Assembly: GCA_903821365.1 (NCBI GenBank)
Contig: CAIJKY010000006.1
Span: 1 to 24,000, forward strand
From: an uncultured bacterium
GTDB taxonomy: Bacteria; Patescibacteriota; Saccharimonadia; Saccharimonadales; Saccharimonadaceae
Length of the DNA: 24,000 bases
Direction: 5' to 3'
Notes under the pieces: generated by a model
The model's database searches: none
The model's input: the letters and a program-made list of their open reading frames with translations, nothing else
What the model was told of the DNA's origin: nothing
Position numbers and translations under genes: made by a program
In this document: positions 16,031 to 23,701 of the stretch, one piece after another
Position numbering within the stretch: the first letter of the stretch is position 1
How the letters are laid out: every line of letters starts with the position of its first letter

Positions 16031-16063
16031 GACTGGCTCAAAAACGAGTCGGTCGTCTTTTTT
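16031..16063 (+). terminator. Possible intrinsic terminator/attenuator between rpmH and rnpA
   Basis: GACUGGCUC (16031-16039) pairs with GAGUCGGUC (16046-16054), including two G-U pairs. The loop is AAAAAC and is followed by GUCUUUUUU (T-run 16058-16063). Confidence 0.35.
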
Positions 16064-16504
16064 ATGAGCCATGTTAAAAATCTTAGACTAGGGTATTCTA
16101 AAGCTATGTTATCGCAACCATATCGTTTTCATGGCCACAGCAGCCTATCGTTTGTCTTTCGCAAAGGGCACTCTGTTCGTGGTTCTTTGATGATGGTTCG
16201 CACAATTCGTAATGATCGTCAGAAAAATTGTCGAGTCGCGATTATCGTCAGTAAAAAGATTGCCAAACGCGCACATGACCGTAATCTCGTGCGCCGCAGG
16301 TTGTACGAGGTAATGCGCGCGGCGCTGCCGAATGTCACTCAACCGTATGATATTGCAATTATGGTGACGAACAAGCAAGCGGTGGCGATGCCGTATGCCC
16401 AGTTGCAGCAGGAGTTATTGCACCTGCTTGGTTCGGCGCAGATCATGCGGCATGTCGCTGAACCGGATGCTGCGATGCATGACGGTGCGAAAACACTTCT
16501 TTAG
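16064..16504 (+). CDS. rnpA: Ribonuclease P protein component
   Basis: YRFHGHSSLSFVFRKGHSV... and VSKKIAKRAHDRNLVRRRLYEVMR match the RnpA RNR-motif region. The ORF is open from 16064, but the internal ATG at 16106 (MLSQPYRF...) fits homolog length better and clears the upstream hairpin. Confidence 0.85.
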   Translation: MSHVKNLRLGYSKAMLSQPYRFHGHSSLSFVFRKGHSVRGSLMMVRTIRNDRQKNCRVAIIVSKKIAKRAHDRNLVRRRLYEVMRAALPNVTQPYDIAIMVTNKQAVAMPYAQLQQELLHLLGSAQIMRHVAEPDAAMHDGAKTLL

Positions 16505-16569
16505 CAGCTGCTTCACCAGAGAGCTCATGCTTCTATAACAGATGTGGCCATGGTATACTATTTTTCAGT

Positions 16570-17502
16570 ATGAATTTATTTGAAACCGTCTTTACGCAGC
16601 CAATTTTTAACATTCTTTTATTCCTCTATGGAATCATTCCGGGACACGATCTTGGTATTGCCGTCATCGTCTTTACGATCATGGTTCGCTTCGCGCTTTG
16701 GCCGCTTGTCAAACGCCAGCTTCACCAAAGTAAAGTGATGCGCGACATTCAGCCACAGCTTGCTGTCATCAAGAAAAAGGCCAAGGGCAACCGACAAGTT
16801 GAAGGTCAGTTAATGATGGAGCTGTACAAAGAGAAGGGCGTCAATCCTTTTAGTAGTTTTGGCTTATTACTCGTACAGCTACCATTCTTTATCGCGCTGT
16901 ATAGCTCGATCAATATCGTTGCAAACCATCGTGACCAGATTGCGCATTACATGTATCCTTTCTTGTCATCTATCCCTCATTTGAAAGAAGTAGCAGCAAA
17001 TCCAAAGCAGTTCAACGAGTTGTCACTTGGGGTTATTGACATGACAAAGTCAATAACAACCACCCACAACTGGACGGTTGTTGTACTCGTCATCATTGCT
17101 CTCGTTACCGCCGCAGTACAGTTTGTGCAATCAAAGCAACTCTTGCCACAGCCAAAGGAGAAAAAGCGGCTTCGTGATATTTTCCGAGAACAAGCGAATG
17201 GTAAGAATGTTGATCAGTCTGAGGTTATGGCTGCAGTCAGCTCTCGTACGATCTTGCTGATGCCAATTGTTATCTTCTTCGCCTCAGTGAGCGTTGCCGC
17301 TGCCTTAAGCTTCTATCTACTAACAACCACTGTTGTTGGGTACTTACAGCAACGCCGCGTACTCGGCCAAGATACTGACGAGATGGAAACTACAACCGAT
17401 GCCATTGTTGCATCTGAAGCAAAAAAGTCGAAAGAATTAAAAGACCGATCCAAACAAGCGAAGCCAGCCAAGATAGTTGCTAGTAAACGTAAAAAGAGGT
17501 AA
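16570..17502 (+). CDS. yidC: Membrane protein insertase YidC (short Gram-positive/Oxa1-like form) with a Lys-rich C-terminal tail
   Basis: 310 aa. IFNILLFLYG...GIAVIVFTIMVRFALWPL is the conserved first core helix. There are five hydrophobic segments and a basic tail ...KPAKIVASKRKKR. It sits in rpmH-rnpA-yidC-jag synteny. Confidence 0.9.
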   Translation: MNLFETVFTQPIFNILLFLYGIIPGHDLGIAVIVFTIMVRFALWPLVKRQLHQSKVMRDIQPQLAVIKKKAKGNRQVEGQLMMELYKEKGVNPFSSFGLLLVQLPFFIALYSSINIVANHRDQIAHYMYPFLSSIPHLKEVAANPKQFNELSLGVIDMTKSITTTHNWTVVVLVIIALVTAAVQFVQSKQLLPQPKEKKRLRDIFREQANGKNVDQSEVMAAVSSRTILLMPIVIFFASVSVAAALSFYLLTTTVVGYLQQRRVLGQDTDEMETTTDAIVASEAKKSKELKDRSKQAKPAKIVASKRKKR

Positions 17503-17508
17503 CGCGCC

Positions 17509-17982
17509 ATGGACAGGGAAGCATCAATTGCATTTGCAGAGAAATATCTTGAAGATATGCTGGCATTTTTCGGTCTTAATGTCGCAGTCGCTGTCACTTG
17601 CGATGAAGATGTGATTGAGCTTTCAGTTCCCTCGACCCATCTCAATGGTTTCTTGATCGGGCAACATGGGGCAACGCTTAAATCACTTCAGATGCTGATT
17701 AGTGCAGCGCTCCGTGCCAAAGAAGCGGAGGTGCAGCGGGTGACCGTTGATATTGCCGATTACCGTAGGCATCAAGCAGAACGCTTAGAAGAGCGGGCGA
17801 GAGAGTGGTGTGCTCATGTGGTAAGTAGTGGGGAAGCGATGCACTTAGAGCCGATGAACCCGGCGGACAGGCGAGTGGTTCACCAAGTTATTCAAGAGTA
17901 CCCTTCCCTAGTTTCGGAATCGGAAGGGGAGGGGCGTACGCGCCATGTTGTTATTCAAGTGGGCGACATAACAGAGAAGTAA
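17509..17982 (+). CDS. jag: Jag/KhpB-type RNA-binding protein (KH + R3H domains; the N-terminal Jag_N domain is absent)
   Basis: 157 aa. A KH-like segment GFLIGQHGATLKSLQ is followed by an R3H-like C-terminus (LEPMNPADRRVVHQVI...). It lies immediately downstream of yidC. Confidence 0.8.
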   Translation: MDREASIAFAEKYLEDMLAFFGLNVAVAVTCDEDVIELSVPSTHLNGFLIGQHGATLKSLQMLISAALRAKEAEVQRVTVDIADYRRHQAERLEERAREWCAHVVSSGEAMHLEPMNPADRRVVHQVIQEYPSLVSESEGEGRTRHVVIQVGDITEK

Positions 17983-18059
17983 GCTACCAAAAATAATATT
18001 TCACACTCATAATTTAAAAAAGCAAACAAAGAATATTCAGCAAAAATATCATATATGAC

Positions 18060-18088
18060 AAAAACCGGCGTTATATCAGCCGGTTTTT
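18060..18088. terminator. Bidirectional intrinsic terminator between the convergent jag and GT4 genes
   Basis: AAAAACCGGC (18060-18069), a 9-nt loop, then GCCGGTTTTT (18079-18088). The A-run/T-run symmetry lets it serve both strands. Confidence 0.55.
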
Positions 18089-18151
18089 ATGTGGAGAAGT
18101 CGATGAAATGCGGGGATAAAATCAAAAGATGATTCTTGACCCGTATGAACG

Positions 18152-19279
18152 CTAAAGCGCTTCGTTGTAAATTGCGAGCGTTTGCTCGGCCATACGGCGC
18201 CAAGAGTATTTTTTATAACAAAGGTTACCCCTGGTGCGGAGTTTTGTGGCAATTTTCTCATCGCTCAGTACAAGCTCGAGCTTTGCAGCAATGTCGCCAT
18301 GGTTGTGTGCGTCAAAGTAGAGTGCAGCATTGCCGTAAATCTCTGGCAGGCTGGTCGCATCGCTACTGACAACGGGCGCGCCATGCTGCATCGCTTCAAG
18401 ACCTGGCAAACCAAAGCCTTCCATGAAAGATGGAAAAACATATGCTTTACAGTGTTCATACATCCATGCCAGCTCGGCATTGTCGGCAAAACCATAAAAT
18501 ACAACGTTTTTGTAGCCTTGCTCCCCCACCCAAGCTATATCGCGTTCGCGAAAGGTATCTTTTTTGCCAACGATGATGAGTTGCAAGTCAGGAAATTTTG
18601 ATAGTAGTAACTGATGGGCCCGTATAAGATTACGATTGTTTTTATAAGGTTCGGCACGCCCCACGTATAAAATAAACGGTATATTATGCAGTCTGGTGAC
18701 GGTACGCGGCTTATCGCTCAGAGCATCAGCAGCCTCGTACGTAACAGTTACCTTTGATTCGTCGATCTCGGTCAGCTCGATAAAATCGCGTTTCGTGTAT
18801 TCGCTCGGCGTGATGACATGAGCGGTTTGCCGGGCGACACGCTGCAGCAACCACTTTAAGACTCTCTGCTTGGCGCGTAGTACTACAACCGGCATGTCAT
18901 CAACCTCAGTCAGGCGCAGCTGGTTAAGGTCGTGAACGGTCGTGACGGTCGTACCTTTGTAAAGAACTGGCTGTTGAGGCATGCAGAAATGAACAAGATC
19001 GGCATTAAGAGTATCAAGAAAGCGCTTAAAACCAAGCTGCTCGGCAAAACTGTAATTGGCAAAATCAGCCACAGTGACTGTGAAGTTCGTAGATGTGGGC
19101 TGCCAATAATCTTTGTCGGCGCTCGGCACAAGTATTGTAAAACGATGTGGCGAGTTGAGCTTTTCAAGGTTGGTGAGCAAGCGCTCAACGTAACGCCCGG
19201 TACTAGAATTGATGATCCGGGCATCAATGACGATATGAGCCGATGCAGCGTGAGATTGTGTTTTATGAGGCATGTACAT
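18152..19279 (-). CDS. Glycosyltransferase family 4 (GT-B fold)
   Basis: 375 aa. The C-terminal EGFGLPGLEAMQHGAPVVSSDATSLPEIYGNAALYFD is the GT4 E-x7-E region. An alternative start lies at 19273. Confidence 0.85.
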   Translation of the reverse strand: MYMPHKTQSHAASAHIVIDARIINSSTGRYVERLLTNLEKLNSPHRFTILVPSADKDYWQPTSTNFTVTVADFANYSFAEQLGFKRFLDTLNADLVHFCMPQQPVLYKGTTVTTVHDLNQLRLTEVDDMPVVVLRAKQRVLKWLLQRVARQTAHVITPSEYTKRDFIELTEIDESKVTVTYEAADALSDKPRTVTRLHNIPFILYVGRAEPYKNNRNLIRAHQLLLSKFPDLQLIIVGKKDTFRERDIAWVGEQGYKNVVFYGFADNAELAWMYEHCKAYVFPSFMEGFGLPGLEAMQHGAPVVSSDATSLPEIYGNAALYFDAHNHGDIAAKLELVLSDEKIATKLRTRGNLCYKKYSWRRMAEQTLAIYNEAL

Positions 19280-19333
19280 GTATCGTCGGACATTCGGCTG
19301 TTTCTGTCAATTGCTGTATAATATGTCTCTGAT

Positions 19334-20137
19334 ATGAAAAACTTCCAACAGCGGTACCAGTACTCGGCGATTTTGCTGAGAGAGTTAGTAATAACTGATT
19401 TCAAGCTACGTTATCAAGGGTCAGTCCTCGGCTATATATGGTCACTTCTACGCCCACTGGCGTTGTTTGTGATCATGTACTTCGTCTTTGCTCGTGTTTT
19501 AAACACTGGTGGTGAAATTCCACACTTCCCTGTATACCTATTACTCGGTATCGTCCTTTGGAACTACTTCTCAGAGGTGACGAATGGTGGTGTCGGCGCA
19601 GTGGTTGGCAAGGGCGATATTTTGCGCAAGATCAACTTCCCGAAATATGTCATCGTGCTTGCTGGTTCTCTGTCGGCGCTTATCAATCTCGCTATTAACC
19701 TGATCGTGGTGTTTATCTTTATGCTTATCAACGGCGTTGACTTTCATTGGTCGGGCCTGTTGGTTATTTTCCCGCTGCTTGAGATGTTTACGCTCTCAAT
19801 CGCCTTGGCTTTCTTGCTGAGCGCGTTGTTCGTTAAGCTGCGAGATATGAACTACATTTGGGAAGTGTTTATGCAGGGCGCATTTTACGCGACGCCTATC
19901 TTTTATGCGATGAGCTTTCTTTCGCCAAAATATCAAATGATTCTGATCTTAAATCCAATGGCGCAAATTATGCAGGATGCTCGTTACCTGCTCATTACTC
20001 ACCAAACGCCAACAATCGGTACAATTTACGGCAATGAATGGATGCGGCTGATTCCAATTGGTTTTACGCTTATTATGCTTGTTGCCGCCGCACTCTACTT
20101 CCGCCACCGATCTAAATTCTTTGCCGAAGATATTTAA
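19334..20137 (+). CDS. wzm: ABC-2 type polysaccharide/teichoic-acid export permease (Wzm/TagG family)
   Basis: 267 aa. It has the hallmark LLRELVITDFKLRYQGSVLGYIWSLLRPL N-terminus and six hydrophobic helices. Confidence 0.85.
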   Translation: MKNFQQRYQYSAILLRELVITDFKLRYQGSVLGYIWSLLRPLALFVIMYFVFARVLNTGGEIPHFPVYLLLGIVLWNYFSEVTNGGVGAVVGKGDILRKINFPKYVIVLAGSLSALINLAINLIVVFIFMLINGVDFHWSGLLVIFPLLEMFTLSIALAFLLSALFVKLRDMNYIWEVFMQGAFYATPIFYAMSFLSPKYQMILILNPMAQIMQDARYLLITHQTPTIGTIYGNEWMRLIPIGFTLIMLVAAALYFRHRSKFFAEDI

Positions 20138-20157
20138 GGCTGTCTCACGATTATTCT

Positions 20158-21339
20158 ATGGCACGGTCATCTAAAAAACTGACACTGTTTGTCGAAGCAT
20201 CACCACTTGTGAGCGACCAGGTGAGCGGCGTCCCACATGCGCTGGCGGGTTTGCTGGCGGCATTGGCACGTCAGCCATACGTACAACAGCATTTTGACTT
20301 GACGCTGATTGTGCCAAAAAGTAGGATTCCGCTATTGCAACGCTGGAAAGGCCTCGAAACCTACAAACACAAAGCGGTACCACTGAAGTTTCGTATCATG
20401 AATGGTCTTGCTCGGCGCGGGCTATTGCCGCAGATGGATCGCCTACTCGGCAGTGGCGTCTACCTGTTTGGTAATTTCTTCAACTGGTCGGTTACAGGCC
20501 GTTCGCAGTCGCTTACGTATATTCACGACATTTGCTTTGCCCTGCACCCAGAATACGTACAGCCAGCAAATCAAGCGATGCTACAAAAGAATGTCCCACG
20601 CTATATCGCTCAAACTGACTATATAATTACGGTCTCGCAGAGCGTGCGCCGTGAGATTATCGAGCATTTTGGTGTTGCCGAAGAACGCGTAGTAGTGCTG
20701 TATAACGGTTTTGAGGCGTCAGTGTATAAGCCCTACCCTAAAGCCGCAGTTGCGCACGAGTGCCTTAAACATGGCCTTGCCGACAAGCCGTACTTTGTAT
20801 ACATCGGCAATATCGAGCCACGCAAAAACATAGAAGGCTTACTGAGGGCATTTATGAAATTACCGAAAAAGTATGGCTTGGTGCTTATCGGTAGTGATGG
20901 CTGGCTCAACGAGTCGGTACTCGCCCTGATTGCAAAGGCGCAGTCAAAGGGCTATACAGTTGTGCGCCCTGTTGGCTATGTTACTGATGTCCAGGTAGCA
21001 ACACTGATGTCGGGTGCGATTGCGCTTTTGCAGCCGTCATTCTATGAAGGTTTTGGTATGCCGCCACTTGAGGCGCTCGCCTGTGGAACGCCGGTCGTCG
21101 TGGCTGACATTGGGCCGCTACGAGAGGTTGCAGGTGAGGCTGGTATATATTGCGATCCGCACGACATCGGGTCAATTGAACGAGCGATGCAGCAAGCTAT
21201 TGATTTGAGCGTTACGCAAAAAGCAAAGCTCATAACAAAAGCACAGGCACACATCGCTCAGTTTAGCTGGGATGTCAGTGCACAGGCGCTACTGCCAGCA
21301 CTTCGCACAATTGTGGCACGACAAAAGGCGAGGGACTAA
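20158..21339 (+). CDS. Glycosyltransferase family 4 (GT-B fold)
   Basis: 393 aa. YEGFGMPPLEALACGTPVVVADIGPLREVAGEAGIYCDP is the GT4 motif. Confidence 0.85.
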   Translation: MARSSKKLTLFVEASPLVSDQVSGVPHALAGLLAALARQPYVQQHFDLTLIVPKSRIPLLQRWKGLETYKHKAVPLKFRIMNGLARRGLLPQMDRLLGSGVYLFGNFFNWSVTGRSQSLTYIHDICFALHPEYVQPANQAMLQKNVPRYIAQTDYIITVSQSVRREIIEHFGVAEERVVVLYNGFEASVYKPYPKAAVAHECLKHGLADKPYFVYIGNIEPRKNIEGLLRAFMKLPKKYGLVLIGSDGWLNESVLALIAKAQSKGYTVVRPVGYVTDVQVATLMSGAIALLQPSFYEGFGMPPLEALACGTPVVVADIGPLREVAGEAGIYCDPHDIGSIERAMQQAIDLSVTQKAKLITKAQAHIAQFSWDVSAQALLPALRTIVARQKARD

Positions 21340-21357
21340 CCATGGCGTCAAGCAGAA

Positions 21358-21377
21358 ACTACCAGTATACTGGTAGT
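21358..21377. promoter_or_regulatory. Perfect 20-bp palindrome ACTACCAGTATACTGGTAGT in the GT4-wzt spacer (operator or RNA hairpin candidate)
   Basis: Perfect dyad symmetry read directly from the sequence, with TATA at its centre. It lies 57 nt upstream of the wzt ATG (SD GAGGGAG at 21418-21424). Confidence 0.4.
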
Positions 21378-21433
21378 GATAATTACCTATGTAAGACAAC
21401 AGACGCGACAGATACAGTGAGGGAGAAAAACTG

Positions 21434-22627
21434 ATGAGTGAAAATATTGTCGTTAAAGTCGATAAAGTATATAAGAATTTTTTGCTGCCAAATGAAAAGA
21501 ATGATTCGCTTAAGCGAGTATTTACCGGCGTGTTCCGCAAAAAGAAAAAGGGCTACGAAGTTCAGCGTGCCTTGCATGATATTTCATTTGAGGTCAAAGA
21601 GGGTGAGTTCTTTGGTATCGTTGGCCGTAACGGAAGCGGCAAGAGTACGCTACTCAAGATGCTTGCAAGCATCTATCAGCCGACGAAAGGCAGCATCACG
21701 ACAAACGGGCGCCTCGTGCCTTTTATCGAACTTGGTGTTGGTTTTAACCCAGAGCTGACTGGGCGCGAAAACATCTTTCTTAATGGTGCGCTGCTTGGCT
21801 TTAAAAAATCGGTGATTGAGTCGCGTTATGATGAGATTGTTCGCTTTTCAGAGCTGGAGCGCTTCATGGATCAGAAGCTTAAGAACTATTCATCGGGTAT
21901 GCAGGTGCGATTGGCATTTGCAATCGCTACTCATGCTCAGGCTGATATTTTATTGGTTGATGAAGTACTTGCGGTTGGCGATGCGGCTTTTCAGCGAAAA
22001 TGTTTCGAATATTTCAAAGAACTCAAAGCTAAGAAAAAGACAGTTATCTTTGTAACGCACGACATGAGTGCTGTGCGTGAATATTGCGACCGTGCAATGC
22101 TTATTGATAATAGTGAACTACAGGCAATTGGCGACCCTCAAGATATCGCACGTGACTATGCCCTGCTGTTTATGGAAAACAATGTTGATCGCAACAATGA
22201 TTCAAACGGTAAGCGTTGGGGTAACGGCGACGCTGAAATCACCGAATCTTCGGCAGTCGTTGAAGGTGATGAGGTAGTGATTGATGTTAAAGCCGTAGTG
22301 AAGCGACCAATCGACCATCTTTTGTACGGCGTTCATGTTTCTTCGCAGGATGGTACTGAAATAACCGCTATGAATAACCGAATGTTGTTAGTGGATGATG
22401 TAAATCATCTTAAGCCTGGTGATGAAGTGACAATTCGCTGGCGTGTGCTTAACGTCTTTAACGATGGTAGCTATAGCGTCACGCTAACGCTTGCCGACGA
22501 CGTTGCGAATACGCTCGACTGGATGACTGATGCCACGATCTTTACCGTGCGTCGCATGCAACGCTCGACGACATCGGTATTGCCACCGGTCAAAGTGAAG
22601 GCTAAAAAAGTGACCAAAGAATCGTAA
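21434..22627 (+). CDS. wzt: Polysaccharide ABC exporter ATP-binding protein (Wzt/TagH family) with a C-terminal Wzt_C-like beta-sandwich domain
   Basis: 397 aa. Walker A is GRNGSGKSTLLK, the signature is YSSGMQVRLAFA and Walker B is ILLVDEVLAVGD. Res ~255-397 (RWGNGDAEITES...VVIDVKA...YGVHVSSQDGTEITAMN...GSYSVTLTLAD...ATIFTV) fit the Wzt C-terminal carbohydrate-binding pattern. Confidence 0.9.
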   Translation: MSENIVVKVDKVYKNFLLPNEKNDSLKRVFTGVFRKKKKGYEVQRALHDISFEVKEGEFFGIVGRNGSGKSTLLKMLASIYQPTKGSITTNGRLVPFIELGVGFNPELTGRENIFLNGALLGFKKSVIESRYDEIVRFSELERFMDQKLKNYSSGMQVRLAFAIATHAQADILLVDEVLAVGDAAFQRKCFEYFKELKAKKKTVIFVTHDMSAVREYCDRAMLIDNSELQAIGDPQDIARDYALLFMENNVDRNNDSNGKRWGNGDAEITESSAVVEGDEVVIDVKAVVKRPIDHLLYGVHVSSQDGTEITAMNNRMLLVDDVNHLKPGDEVTIRWRVLNVFNDGSYSVTLTLADDVANTLDWMTDATIFTVRRMQRSTTSVLPPVKVKAKKVTKES

Positions 22628-22631
22628 GGGG

Positions 22632-23642
22632 ATGAGCGAAATGGAAAAAGGAATCAAGCATGTCGTACGCCGTTCAAGAAGTAAGTTACTTGGCGGTACG
22701 CCAGAAACACTGCACTCAATCGATGGTCGCCTAGAAGCGCTCGAACACGCTCAGGCAGAGGCAACTAATAAACAGCTTCACTTGCTCCACGAAGTGTACG
22801 AGAACACCAAAAATTCTGGTGCCCTCGTGCTATCCCCTACCGAGATCATTGCCAAGTTGTTTAGTGGACTTAAGATGTATCTTGATGCTCGAGATTTGGC
22901 GATCACGCCACATATTGCGCTCGATGCAATCTGGGAATACCAGATTACCGCAGCTTGGATAAAAGCCGTCAAGCCACACTATACAGTGCTTGATATTGGC
23001 TCACACAATGCTTATTACGGGATCTTAGCAGCACAGAAAACCAGCAAGAAGCAGTCTAAGGTTGTAATGTTTGAGGCAAATCCAGGTCTTGTTCCCTACA
23101 TGCAAAAGACGCTTGATGTTAACTGGCTGAATGAGCAGTCAGTGATTGAGAATATGGCGGTTGCCGATAAAGACGGCACGTTAACGCTGACGGTCTTAAA
23201 AGACTATATTGGTAGCTCATCGGTTCATTCGATCGAAAAACTTGATGGCTATCTCCATGAAAAAATGCACCTTGAGGCGGCGGAGCAGATACAGGTTCCG
23301 GCCACTAGCATTGATAATTATTGCAAGAAAAACAACATAGATGCCGTCAATTTGATCATGATGGACATCGAAGGTTTTGAAGACAAAGCCTACGTGGGTA
23401 TGCGTGATGCAGTGCGAGCGAGTAGTGATGTTACATTGTTTATAGAGTTTACCCGTGAAGGCTACGATGATCCTAAGGGCTTTTACGAACAGATGTTGGG
23501 TGACTTCGGGTATGTCTATGCTATCGACGACAGTGGCAATTTGATACCTCAAAAAGATACGAGTTACGAGGCGGTTATCGGTGCGCCTGACGACTGGATA
23601 ATGCCAGTATTTTCGAAAGATGCACAGCTACACCTGCGATAG
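22632..23642 (+). CDS. FkbM-family SAM-dependent methyltransferase with an N-terminal helical extension
   Basis: 336 aa. VLDIGSHNAYYG...VVMFEANPGL...MAVADKDGTLTL...LIMMDIEGFEDKAYVGM matches the Methyltransf_21/FkbM pattern. An AAGGGG SD precedes the ATG. Confidence 0.8.
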   Translation: MSEMEKGIKHVVRRSRSKLLGGTPETLHSIDGRLEALEHAQAEATNKQLHLLHEVYENTKNSGALVLSPTEIIAKLFSGLKMYLDARDLAITPHIALDAIWEYQITAAWIKAVKPHYTVLDIGSHNAYYGILAAQKTSKKQSKVVMFEANPGLVPYMQKTLDVNWLNEQSVIENMAVADKDGTLTLTVLKDYIGSSSVHSIEKLDGYLHEKMHLEAAEQIQVPATSIDNYCKKNNIDAVNLIMMDIEGFEDKAYVGMRDAVRASSDVTLFIEFTREGYDDPKGFYEQMLGDFGYVYAIDDSGNLIPQKDTSYEAVIGAPDDWIMPVFSKDAQLHLR

Positions 23643-23701
23643 CGCTGTAATAAACGCTTAAGCCTATTCCAGTTCACCCCTGATTGTCCTATAGTAGTCA
23701 T

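Noticed and set aside
18182-19404. ORFs 18182-18601 (+), 18932-19321 (+) and 18910-19404 (-, 164 aa) overlapping GT4-a and the wzm start
   Set aside because: The GT4 frame carries the E-x7-E glycosyltransferase motif. The alternatives are frame shadows, and the 164-aa one would span the divergent promoter region and the wzm start.
23641-23663. Possible terminator after the first FkbM gene (AGCG...CGCT, GCTTAAGC palindrome)
   Set aside because: The stems are only 4 bp with no U-tract. A second FkbM gene follows 59 nt later and is probably co-transcribed.
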